Part shown: positions 27,002 to 36,792 of the stretch, one piece after another
Position numbering within the stretch: position 1 is the first letter of the stretch
Layout: every line of letters starts with the position of its first letter
The notes under the pieces: model-generated
What the model saw: the letters and a program-made list of their open reading frames with translations, nothing else
Database searches by the model: none
Told to the model about the DNA's origin: nothing
Origin: Antedon mediterranea
Lineage: Eukaryota > Animalia > Echinodermata
Length of the DNA stretch: 64,000 nucleotides
Reading direction: 5' to 3'
Assembly: GCF_964355755.1 (NCBI RefSeq)
Contig: NC_092672.1
Span: 25,116,437 to 25,180,436, forward strand
Translations under genes and position numbers: made by a program

Positions 27002-27925
27002 TTAAACGTTTGTTTGCAATATTATTCGGCCAGATTGCCAAGGTTTCGTGTCTCCGCACGCGAATCCTAACACGGCCATGCCAAACTTGCTCGTTGCAAT
27101 GTCTCCAACACGTAACATATGACCCATCATATCGGCAAGATCATCTTTCGATTGATCGTTGGTGAAAACTTCGGCAACGTCTTCGCCCAAGTAACCGTTT
27201 TCCGGCCAATGTGCATCATCAGGAATCAGCCTATTTTTTTGAAACTTGTTAACATGTTTACAGATTGCAATAACAGACATTCTGGCCATCTCAAACTGTG
27301 CGTTGTTTGCTGCCTCTGCTGTACCTTTGTTCAGTGCCATGTATCTGAGCATACTGTCAATTCGCGACGAATCCGATGACGGATTTAGACCGTACGTGAC
27401 CCATTTTAATGTTCTATATCTGGCCATGTGCTCGTCGCATTCACTCTGCGTTGGATATCGAACGCAAACTATTTGTCCGTCGAGTATTGTGCGAGAGCCG
27501 GTGTTGATATACTTGCAGCCGGTAGATTGAGTGATAACGGAAAAGAGTTTATTGGACGGCCAGTCTGTAAGCTCTGTACCGGCGACTCCCAGTACCATGT
27601 ATTTCTTCATGTCACTCTCCTTAATCAGACGCTGTCTTTCCGCATCGTCTACGTCTTTGTGATGTGGCGTTTCCATGCCGTTCGGACCCGGAACGAATCC
27701 AGTTTGATTATATGTCAAACTGTATATTCCCAGTAATACCTGTCCGGATTGAATCAATGTATTGTCCGATGGAGGATATAGTTTTCCACGTACGTCGTTC
27801 GAGCCCCTTTCAAAGTTGGCACTCAGATACGCTTGATCGACATAGAATGCTCGATTAGGTCCTTCGAGCGACGGTTCTTTGATACTTTCCATCGTCTTCA
27901 TCATCATCATCATCATCAACATCAT
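27002..27925 (-). CDS. Candidate capsid triplex subunit (beta-tulip/decoration fold)
   Basis: ~307 aa, co-oriented directly upstream of the MCP; GQVLL..VLGVA..FSVITQ..INTG..I.DGQIV..P and terminal VLGFA..GRIIL pattern. Confidence 0.5.
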   Translation of the reverse strand: MMLMMMMMMKTMESIKEPSLEGPNRAFYVDQAYLSANFERGSNDVRGKLYPPSDNTLIQSGQVLLGIYSLTYNQTGFVPGPNGMETPHHKDVDDAERQRLIKESDMKKYMVLGVAGTELTDWPSNKLFSVITQSTGCKYINTGSRTILDGQIVCVRYPTQSECDEHMARYRTLKWVTYGLNPSSDSSRIDSMLRYMALNKGTAEAANNAQFEMARMSVIAICKHVNKFQKNRLIPDDAHWPENGYLGEDVAEVFTNDQSKDDLADMMGHMLRVGDIATSKFGMAVLGFACGDTKPWQSGRIILQTNV

Positions 27926-28010
27926 TTGATTCAAATATAGACACTAATAACGATGTTTTCTTACTTTGTTAGGCACGTCAAACTGTCGACACCACAACGA
28001 CCAGCGAGTA

Positions 28011-28904
28011 ATGGACGGCTTGGAGGAGGAGGTAATGTATCGACAGCTGATGAGGAACCTTCCCAGAATGGTGGGACTACAGGAACCGATAGTAGACGTA
28101 ATAGGCAACGTGGAGCCTCTAAAAAAGTTATACGAAGAAGGAAAAAGATCCGTGTTAGAATCGTTGGAATTGATGGCACTTTTTATGTCTGCAAACCAAA
28201 ACAGGCGAGCAAATGACGTACCCACGCTGATTGCATGTCGTCGTTGCAGTATACAACAATCGGATTATGAAGAGGACGAAATGTACTTTAAAGTGTGTTC
28301 TCCGAGAGAGGGTAGCGGTCTGCTTGTTTCACACGTAGAAAACACGCTGATGGCCGGATTGAACGAGAGTGAAGTTATTCAAAGACTGAAACAAGTCGGT
28401 CGAGAGAACGTTTACATGACCGTACCGCATCAGCCGAGAAACAACGCTCGTGTCGCCGATTTTCTGGACGCCTCACCGTCTGATCTGCCGGTTCCATTGA
28501 TTACCTGGACCGAAGACAGCGTTTGGGTGCTTATGGCGTGCGTTTGTCTGTACACGCCGGACAAGACAATTGTACCGGGCACTGTACAGTTATTTGCCGA
28601 TGACGGTAGTTTATATTATGCAATAATTGCACCGTTTGCGATCGGTAAACGGTACTCGCAAACGTTGCACACGAACCGAGGAAGTGTACGCTTTCTGTCT
28701 TTGGACAGTGGCAGACGTATGAAATGGGGCCATGGGCTATGTAAAATGTTTGGCATTCCACCTAGATGTTTTCCCGGCGGAGGCGAGTACAAACGAATGC
28801 ATTCAGCGTCTGCATTTCGTGGTTCTGTTGAACATAAGATTAAACGGAGTATAATCGGTAGTTTTTCAACGTTTGTAAAAGACTGTTTAGAGAAAAACGA
28901 ATAA
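28011..28904 (+). CDS. Candidate capsid maturation protease (assemblin/HK97-type)
   Basis: Order of motifs MTVPH ... PGTV..DDGSLY ... FLSL ... GHGLC..PPR resembles the assemblin His..Ser(LSL)..His(xLC)..R arrangement; divergent from the triplex/MCP pair. Confidence 0.4.
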   Translation: MDGLEEEVMYRQLMRNLPRMVGLQEPIVDVIGNVEPLKKLYEEGKRSVLESLELMALFMSANQNRRANDVPTLIACRRCSIQQSDYEEDEMYFKVCSPREGSGLLVSHVENTLMAGLNESEVIQRLKQVGRENVYMTVPHQPRNNARVADFLDASPSDLPVPLITWTEDSVWVLMACVCLYTPDKTIVPGTVQLFADDGSLYYAIIAPFAIGKRYSQTLHTNRGSVRFLSLDSGRRMKWGHGLCKMFGIPPRCFPGGGEYKRMHSASAFRGSVEHKIKRSIIGSFSTFVKDCLEKNE

Positions 28905-28944
28905 ATAGCACAAACAATTTCACTTTGACTGTCATTTCGATATC

Positions 28945-30177
28945 ATGTCTACTTCGTTCATACATCCTAATCTGAAAATTGATTTCACAGTCTACGTGAG
29001 AGACATATTATCGGAATCCATCACTCCAGACATAATCAGCAGGTTTGTTTCCTACTTGTTGAACGGCGGTGATTTCGATTTGAAATTAAAGGACATTGGC
29101 GATTATGCTGACTTGATATTGCTCAATACGCGCATAAAACCAACGATTACCGATGACTTTCGAACGGTAGTAGAATCGAAGTTGCGTATGCTCCGTTGTG
29201 AACATGCAATACTCGATTTGAACCGTTTTGCCGATCGTTTCATGAAGCATTACGATTCGGAAAAAATCCAGGGTGTATATTGGTTACAGGTTCTCGCACC
29301 ATGCCAACCGTTTCTATTCAATGACAATCTAAAGCAGCTACTGACGAAAACTTTCAACGACACAGATGAGACAATAGTATACGACCAACTTATTCAGAGC
29401 CTTTCAAAAATGGATGGAAAGTTGCTTAGACCCGATGCAAGTAATTGCGAAGTAATATGGTTTAAGATTTTGAACGGAGACGAGACAATGAAACGGCTGT
29501 ATTTATTGTCAACCGTCCGTTTTACTTTTAATAAAAATGCCAAAGATGTGATATTATACCACGTGCTGTTGGAACTCGGTAAATATCCAAAAGTTTTACA
29601 CATTGATCAGGTTTGTGAACGTGAAATGGTATGCGGATCATCAAAACCCGAAATATTTACCTGTAAACACTCCAACTCGGTACGGATTAAGTATGGCACA
29701 TGCAACGCAGATTGTCAACAGACAAAAAAGAAAGGATACACACTGTGGCTGGATGAGGCGAGAGTTGAACTTCCACGTTCCGACTGGGAAGATGTAGAGT
29801 TGAAGAGGTTGATTGAACGAAGAAATTTGATCGAATCGAACATGTATGACAAAACTATATATGACGAGCGTCTTCGGAACATAGCGTCTGTTATGGCCGA
29901 ACAAGTGTCTGAACATCACGTTCACGAATGGAAATCAGACTTTGAGCAACGTGTCAAGTCTACGCAGATGGAATTGGACAAGAGAATAGATTCAATTGAA
30001 AAATCCCTATTGTCAGACGATGCCATAAACGCGGAAAGGGAGTGTCAGTTTCACATACCAGTCCATTCGTTCACTTACAAACCGATTCGGCAGATACGTA
30101 TTGAAGACATTTTTAGTGAACTTGTCGCGAAAGCAATTGACGAGGAAAAAGAAAACATACCAGATTGTTTTTTCTAG
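28945..30177 (+). CDS. Viral protein of unknown function (Cys cluster, C-terminal coiled coil)
   Basis: 410-aa ATG ORF with no long competing ORF. Confidence 0.7.
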   Translation: MSTSFIHPNLKIDFTVYVRDILSESITPDIISRFVSYLLNGGDFDLKLKDIGDYADLILLNTRIKPTITDDFRTVVESKLRMLRCEHAILDLNRFADRFMKHYDSEKIQGVYWLQVLAPCQPFLFNDNLKQLLTKTFNDTDETIVYDQLIQSLSKMDGKLLRPDASNCEVIWFKILNGDETMKRLYLLSTVRFTFNKNAKDVILYHVLLELGKYPKVLHIDQVCEREMVCGSSKPEIFTCKHSNSVRIKYGTCNADCQQTKKKGYTLWLDEARVELPRSDWEDVELKRLIERRNLIESNMYDKTIYDERLRNIASVMAEQVSEHHVHEWKSDFEQRVKSTQMELDKRIDSIEKSLLSDDAINAERECQFHIPVHSFTYKPIRQIRIEDIFSELVAKAIDEEKENIPDCFF

Positions 30178-30243
30178 TACGCTTGACGTGGCCTACGAGA
30201 AGACAAAAAAAAAACATATAATTATAACAATCGTTATCGTAGT

Positions 30244-30588
30244 ATGAAGTGTTATCTGTTTGCGGTCGTATTGAACTCGGACAAGCATATGCTGTTGTCG
30301 GAATCGTTTTGTGGAACGCGCTACTTATGCAACTACAACGGTGAAAGTATAAAAGGAATCGTTCAATTTCGGCAGACAATGCAATATTTTTACGGACTGT
30401 TTGAGTCACCGTTTGTGATGGCAACACTGCACGTAAACGATGAAGATGTTGATCACGTACACGTTTTCAACATGTTTGTAGATTTTCTTAAGATTATCGG
30501 ATACAATGGACCGCAAAATGATGTTGTCATGTTCAAAGATCGTTGTCTTTCCTATTGGAACCAACGACTTGTAGACCATATGAAATAA
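30244..30588 (+). CDS. Small viral hypothetical protein
   Basis: 114-aa ATG ORF; AATAAA at the stop codon. Confidence 0.55.
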   Translation: MKCYLFAVVLNSDKHMLLSESFCGTRYLCNYNGESIKGIVQFRQTMQYFYGLFESPFVMATLHVNDEDVDHVHVFNMFVDFLKIIGYNGPQNDVVMFKDRCLSYWNQRLVDHMK

Positions 30589-30627
30589 AATGAATATACA
30601 AACTAGTTTGTGTTGTTTTCTTTATTG

Positions 30628-31504
30628 TTATATCTCGTTTGATAAATAATACACTCTATCGGTCGGTATGCCGTAATATTTAATGCTATGATAGTAGTGA
30701 ACGGATACTATGGGCTTCATCGGTTGTTTGAATGCAACATTAACCATTCTACCGACAAACGCTAAACTAGACTTGTCTTTGACGACTGCCGTTACGTTTA
30801 AATGATGATGATGATGATGATGATGATTAGAGGAGATGCGAATAACCCGATGATCGTGGTACACGTGTGATTCGATGTTGACGTTACATTCGTCAACAAG
30901 CAATCGCATTTGCTCGCCATTGATTTTCCATTCAACTTTGGCTGTACTTGGTACACCGATGAGATACAGGATGTTTGACGTACCTGTGACGTTCCATTGT
31001 TCGCTGTAGGTGAGTAGCTGTACACTCGATATGTTCTCGATGGAAAAGCGCGATGGCATATTGTACGAAATGATATCAATATGGTCAACAGTATGCCATA
31101 ATACAGGCAATTTATATGCGCACAATTCAGTGGCGACAAAGGTCGGTGCATTGTCTTGTTTATGCAATTTTAATTCTTTTAAAATGGTAAGATTTTTAGC
31201 GGAGAAGATTACTTGAAGAAACAAATAATCGGTCGTGACATCGTAAAATTCTTGATAGTTTGTGTTTACGCGGACCGTAACCATTCTGCCTCGAGCGCAA
31301 TGTCTAATCGTTAGTAAGTTATCGTTTACGAGTACTTTGTCATTTTCTTGTGTTGTAAAGTATTTTACAGTTAGATTGTACAGTTTTGCAATGACTGACT
31401 CGTAGTAAAAATTGAAAGTTACTGACTCTCCAAGTACCGGATGTAGACTAGACATTACAATCGAGCCTATCGTTGATGCGTCCCGATTGCATGGATGAGT
31501 CGCG

Positions 31505-31535
<31 letters not shown>

Positions 31536-33057
31536 AATCGAGAATATGTGACGGATGATCGCATCTGTCTTTAATGTTCACTACACACATGCCGTCATCG
31601 TAACACGTTCCCGGTCGATTGAAATTCACGTTTCTTTTGTTGAAATAATAACAGTAACGCAAACTGTTTGAATCCACCTGCTTCGGACCTGTATTCTGCC
31701 ACGGATTCGAGTCTTTACACACGTCGACCAAATGATCGATGAAAAGAGATGGGTTAGATGGTTCGTTTAAAACCTGCACGTGTGCCCTACCCCAATATGT
31801 TTTGTTAACAATACACTCGTAACCTCCCGTATCCCAGCGATTGGCATCGAAAATTGTCAGTGTATGCTCGTGATAGTTGTTACAAGACGCCTCTATCGCT
31901 CTTGAATGTTCAATTTGCTTTCCGTTCCGTATCCACAGAACATTATTTGAGGACGTGGACGTGGTGCAACGTAAAAGTATCATTCCTTTCGGTTTTACAA
32001 TTTGTATCGCGGGTGACAGTATCGCCGGCATTCTCTTAATGGTACCAAATTCTTCTGTCAATGTCGTTGCACACACGTTTCCGATAGTCAACGACGACGA
32101 CGACGACGGTTTCACCTGTTCTTCTATTGTGTTTACCACTCGAACGTGTACAGATATCGATTCATAATCACTGGATCCTATGCACGAGTACAAGCCTTGA
32201 TCGCGAACCGTGATCTGTTCCAGTAGAAGCGAATGTGTTTTGTTTGTTCTACACTGTTCACCTCTCATGGTACCGTGACGTTTCGGATCGGGTATCATCC
32301 ACGTCACTAAAGTTTCTCTCGGAAACTGACATAGTAGATTCAACGTTTGTCCGATGGCCACGGTTTCGGCGTCCACCGTTATCGTTGCAATTCGAGCCGG
32401 TACCTCCCTTCTACACGGATCATCCGGAACGATGCAACACACAGAATATTTTGTTTCTAAAAGTGCACATAGGCTGTCGTATGGCCATGATCGAACCTTC
32501 CTCACTGATATCGTATCGTATCCACAGATGCGTACTTGATCAATAATTACATTTCTGTCTGTAGACGCTATTGCCAGTGAATAACACGTCTCGAACATAG
32601 AAGAAGACGGTTCGGACGTAACCCTTTGGCTATTGCGTAACACTTGAATGCTTGAAAAGTTTCGAGAACCGGACGAAATGGTGATGGTGGCGACTTCTCG
32701 AGGTTGCATGATGTACGCGTCGACGACTTGTACGACAGCATCTTTTTGCGTTCGTGTCCACGTTCTACGCGATCGATTGTATTCATCGATGTAACACGAG
32801 TACGTTCCAGTGGCATCCTTTGTCATGGCCATTACCTTCAGCATACTTGATGTCATGTCCAACGTGATGTGGGCGATAACCATACCCACGTCACGCTTCG
32901 GTAGATTCCATCGTATGTGAGAAGCTCTTCTGCTGTCCGTTGTGCATCTCAATTCGAACGACGTGTATGGTCTTGCAACCACGTACTCTCTGTCCATTGT
33001 CAACGTACCGCGTGTAGTAGCACTACAAAGTAGAGTAATCAGGCAAAGTCGAAACAT
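30628..33057 (-). CDS. Viral secreted/surface multi-immunoglobulin-domain glycoprotein
   Basis: Signal peptide MFRLCLITLLCSATTRG; three clear Ig domains (FELRC..IRW..ATGTYSC; LNLLC..VTW..DQGLYSC; ILLRC..VLWIRNG..DTGGYEC); many NxS/T sites; no C-terminal TM seen. Confidence 0.85.
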
Positions 33058-33166
33058 TGTCCCGTAGTTGCCTGCGCGCGCGCACACACACACACCCACA
33101 CACACACCCACACACAAACAAAATATTATATAAATACAAATATGTTTATAAATTTTGGTTCAAATC

Positions 33167-34426
33167 ATGGCTTTCATCATCAACGTAAAGTCAGAAGATG
33201 ATGAATGTCAATTGTTTACGCCAGAACAGAGTCTATTACAATGGACTGAGCTATGCGGGATGGTAAATGGTTGGAACAGATTTCGTCGAACTGCAATAAT
33301 GAGTATCAAAGTACCAGTCTCGATGCATGTAACCGAACGGCTTTTCATGTTCATCGAGAGCGACGGTAAACTGGAATTGGCGTACAGCGACGCCGCCATG
33401 TACGTTGACGCGATGATACTTTCTTCGTACATGTTACTTTGCAATCGACTGTACACGGCCCTTTACGCTCAGGTGGAACGTGTAGTGCTTGGATACGTCA
33501 ATGATTTTGACGTGTTGAACGTCAACACGTTCGCTAAACATCTTTCCGCGTGTACGGAAATGATTATCGACTACACCAACAGTTTGATGTCTTATTGTGA
33601 GCCGATGTTGTTTGCCTCCAATACTACTGATAATCGTATCGAAATGGAAATGAATTCGCATACAATCTCGGCTAGTGTAAACGGTAAACGGTTGTTTGGA
33701 TGGAATATACAGAGGAGTGGAGACATGGAATGCAAGCTGCTTTGGTGGAAGATCATAACCGAAGACGCAACAGAGAATAATGTGTACGCGATAGTAGTGT
33801 ACTGTCAAACAGTATTTGTCTGGGAAGGTACGGGAACGCATTTGCGTTTGATTACACTACTCGAGAATACGATTCACGCCGTGTACCAGCTACGTTCACC
33901 TTCTCCTCGACTGATTAAATCGTTTGTGATTTGCAAATATCCATGTACACATAGCAGATTTCAACCGAAAATTGTACCTCTTCCAGAGACAAACTCGATT
34001 TGGGTGGATGTATACTATTGTCATCCTCGATGTTACCGAAAAGGTTATAAATTGTGCTTGAGTGATGGTGAAATTGGACGTGTGAAAGTCAACGAAGTAA
34101 TGCATGTCTATCAGAGAGAAAAGACTGAGATGTTGCTGTGTTCGTGTTATCTAACAAGAGACGGTGAACGTGGAATGATGGATATCGAAACGTTGGCACT
34201 GTCGATTGCTAACAGATTGAAAGACGTAGAAGTGATCGAAAGGTGGAAACGTGAGTACAGATATCGTATGGAAGAAATATTGTACGACATAAACAATCGA
34301 ACATTATCGATTCAGTCTTCAGTGTGTTCGCGTGTCAAGGTGCCGAGAAAACGTAAAGTAGAAACGACGTCGTCGATACGTGACTGTTACAACGAACATT
34401 TGCATTTTAAAACATATTGCGTGTAA
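33167..34426 (+). CDS. Viral protein with N-terminal BTB/POZ (Skp1-like) domain
   Basis: INVKSEDD..F..EQSLL..L..M....SIKVPVS..VTERLFMFI...AMILSSYMLL pattern. Confidence 0.55.
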   Translation: MAFIINVKSEDDECQLFTPEQSLLQWTELCGMVNGWNRFRRTAIMSIKVPVSMHVTERLFMFIESDGKLELAYSDAAMYVDAMILSSYMLLCNRLYTALYAQVERVVLGYVNDFDVLNVNTFAKHLSACTEMIIDYTNSLMSYCEPMLFASNTTDNRIEMEMNSHTISASVNGKRLFGWNIQRSGDMECKLLWWKIITEDATENNVYAIVVYCQTVFVWEGTGTHLRLITLLENTIHAVYQLRSPSPRLIKSFVICKYPCTHSRFQPKIVPLPETNSIWVDVYYCHPRCYRKGYKLCLSDGEIGRVKVNEVMHVYQREKTEMLLCSCYLTRDGERGMMDIETLALSIANRLKDVEVIERWKREYRYRMEEILYDINNRTLSIQSSVCSRVKVPRKRKVETTSSIRDCYNEHLHFKTYCV

Positions 34427-34434
34427 ACACAAGA

Positions 34435-34851
34435 ATGTCTGATCGGCAATACGCTTGGCTTCGTGAAAGACGAATGGAGTTGTTTGACGAAGCTTTACGG
34501 TACGGTGTAGAGATATTTCACTTGCTTCAATCATTTTCCAGAGTCATGGAAATACAGTCAAACCGTGAACAATTGCAGGCGTTTCGAAGATCGTTTAAAT
34601 TTGACTTGATGAACTTGTTGGATATGTTGGAATATAGCATGATTATGAAGAAGAAGAAGAAGAAGAAGAATAAGAGGAGGAATAAGAAAAAGGACAAAAT
34701 TAGCGAATACAATAGACTAGTACATAAGATATGGAGATTAATTAAATTTACCGACACGAAATTATCTGAACATTTTGTAAAATCTAAACGATCACAATAC
34801 GAAAAAAGACAGAAATCGTGCCGATTTTATAAAAGAATAAATCAAACATAG
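34435..34851 (+). CDS. Small basic viral protein (poly-Lys, NLS-like)
   Basis: ~138-aa ATG ORF; AATAAA near the stop. Confidence 0.55.
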   Translation: MSDRQYAWLRERRMELFDEALRYGVEIFHLLQSFSRVMEIQSNREQLQAFRRSFKFDLMNLLDMLEYSMIMKKKKKKKNKRRNKKKDKISEYNRLVHKIWRLIKFTDTKLSEHFVKSKRSQYEKRQKSCRFYKRINQT

Positions 34852-34877
34852 CCTATATTGTTGTTTTCTTTTTTTAT

Positions 34878-35744
34878 TTATTTCTGACAATGACGAGGAC
34901 GAAGAAGATTACGTCGACGACGTCCATGTACGTTTACAGTATTGTATACGTTCCATAGAACATTGCGCAAACATTCGATAGCATCCGTCTGACCGTGTCC
35001 AAAGAATCCTTGTTTATTCGACGACTGATAACGTTGTCGTAATATAAAAAACGATCGGACGTAATTGTATACGTCCGATTGATTTCTGGAAGTCCATATC
35101 TCATTTCGGAAAGCATCGATGTCGGCGTGAAAATCTAACACTTCTCCTTGTTCTCGTTCTTTACACTCATGAGTCCAGTCGCCGTTATAGAGCAGAGTCT
35201 GAAACGAATAAGCGACGTGTCGATTCAACAAATTCTGTTGCTCCTCCATCGATGAGAATTTTCGTTGCTCGTTACATTGCTGAAATGTTTGTACGTCGTC
35301 GTATTCATGCATGGCATAGAAAACGTTCTTTAGTGCGTCCAACACGTCCGAATTGCCGTATCCAAAGTAGAGGGACAACGAAGACGTTTGGTAATCTTGA
35401 TAGGACTCTCGGATACGAAGAAAACGACGTATAACATCGGCAGCCGTGTTACGTCCCTTTATTTCCCACATACTACTTCTCAATCGTTGTAACTCACGAT
35501 GAAGGTTCAACTGTCTCGGATCGTAACCGCTAATCTCCCAAAAATTGACGAGATTCCCATGCAAGGCAGCCGATAGATATTCGAAAACTTCGGCACTGAC
35601 ATCTTCTTGTGAGATTTGTTTACGTTTTTCTATCAGATAGTTCATGTCCACGGTATTAGCGCCATTATGACGAGCGTAACATCTATGAATTTCAGATTTC
35701 ATGATGTCCAATCGAACAGAGTTGCGTGGCCTCTCGTGTGACAC
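34878..35744 (-). CDS. Viral protein with an internally duplicated helical domain
   Basis: Two copies of (L/F)R..(M/I)W......(I/V)R.F..(I/L)R..YQ.....FG.G..D....L.NV. Confidence 0.75.
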   Translation of the reverse strand: MSHERPRNSVRLDIMKSEIHRCYARHNGANTVDMNYLIEKRKQISQEDVSAEVFEYLSAALHGNLVNFWEISGYDPRQLNLHRELQRLRSSMWEIKGRNTAADVIRRFLRIRESYQDYQTSSLSLYFGYGNSDVLDALKNVFYAMHEYDDVQTFQQCNEQRKFSSMEEQQNLLNRHVAYSFQTLLYNGDWTHECKEREQGEVLDFHADIDAFRNEIWTSRNQSDVYNYVRSFFILRQRYQSSNKQGFFGHGQTDAIECLRNVLWNVYNTVNVHGRRRRNLLRPRHCQK

Positions 35745-36792
35745 AAAACGTCCTTTTTATAATATACAACGGAAATTTTTACAACGAGAGCTGTTACCAA
35801 ATGTGCTGTTTTCACGATACGTGTCGTCCGTCAACGCTCCAATGGGGTTGTATGGCCGAAATGAAATTGTTTACGCGGTAGAAAAACCATCCGATCGTGA
35901 TGATGTACGTCTGAATATGCGATGGCCGGAAAATGCCATGGTTTTGGACGAACGAAACGCAGTTAGATGTAACGTTCGTCTTAAAGAAGCCGTCATGGAT
36001 GGATGTCATGCTGTAGTTCGTATGGTCTCCGGCAACCGAGTTGCGTGGCGCATACTCGATCCTAAACTGCACATAGCTTACGTTGGCGACTGCGATGAAA
36101 GAGGAGGAGGAGGAGGAGGAGAAGCAGGAGAAGAAGAATATAATGGTGACGCATTTGAAGAAAAAGAAGAAGAAGAAAACCCATCATGGACTATACATCG
36201 TCGTCGTAGTCGTCGTTTTTATCGTGCTGGTGGTGATGGTGGTTGTGGTAGAATGTCGTATACAGACTATGACTTTTCGTTAGAAAAATCTCTTTGCGAA
36301 CATTTCGGTGAACGTTACTACGACAAAACACTCGATAAAATGTACGTGTCTGCAATTGCAATACGTACAGGTGAACAGCCGGAAAAGTTGTTGAAAGAGA
36401 TGACAAAGAAGCTGACAAAGTGTCGAGTGTTTCCTACGAGCGGTTGTTGGTTATCGACCAGTAAGAGTTTCTACAGAACGACGGCCACGTGGAAGTATGC
36501 CGGACTTAAACCAAAAGAGCTGTTTTCGCACGACGGGAAAAACAACGAACGCCACGTTGTACGACACGATCCAATGAGATGCGAACTGTGCGTCGAAGAG
36601 CATTCGAGATGTTGCCGTCCGTCTCATCTATGTTATGGATCGACAAAGTCCAACGTGAAAGATATGCGTTTGCGCCAGGGTGTTGCCGACATAGTGCACG
36701 GTCTACGTGACGATGAAAACATAGACAAATTCCGAAATCTTGTCGATTCGTTTGCAACGCTCGTCATACGAGAAGAGAACACTTCACGATGA
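35701..36792 (+). CDS. Viral protein with C-terminal His-Me finger (HNH / His-Cys box) endonuclease domain
   Basis: SGCW..VVRH..C..C..CCRPSHLCYGS..SNVKD matches the His-Me finger consensus. Confidence 0.75.
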   Translation: MMSNRTELRGLSCDTKRPFYNIQRKFLQRELLPNVLFSRYVSSVNAPMGLYGRNEIVYAVEKPSDRDDVRLNMRWPENAMVLDERNAVRCNVRLKEAVMDGCHAVVRMVSGNRVAWRILDPKLHIAYVGDCDERGGGGGGEAGEEEYNGDAFEEKEEEENPSWTIHRRRSRRFYRAGGDGGCGRMSYTDYDFSLEKSLCEHFGERYYDKTLDKMYVSAIAIRTGEQPEKLLKEMTKKLTKCRVFPTSGCWLSTSKSFYRTTATWKYAGLKPKELFSHDGKNNERHVVRHDPMRCELCVEEHSRCCRPSHLCYGSTKSNVKDMRLRQGVADIVHGLRDDENIDKFRNLVDSFATLVIREENTSR

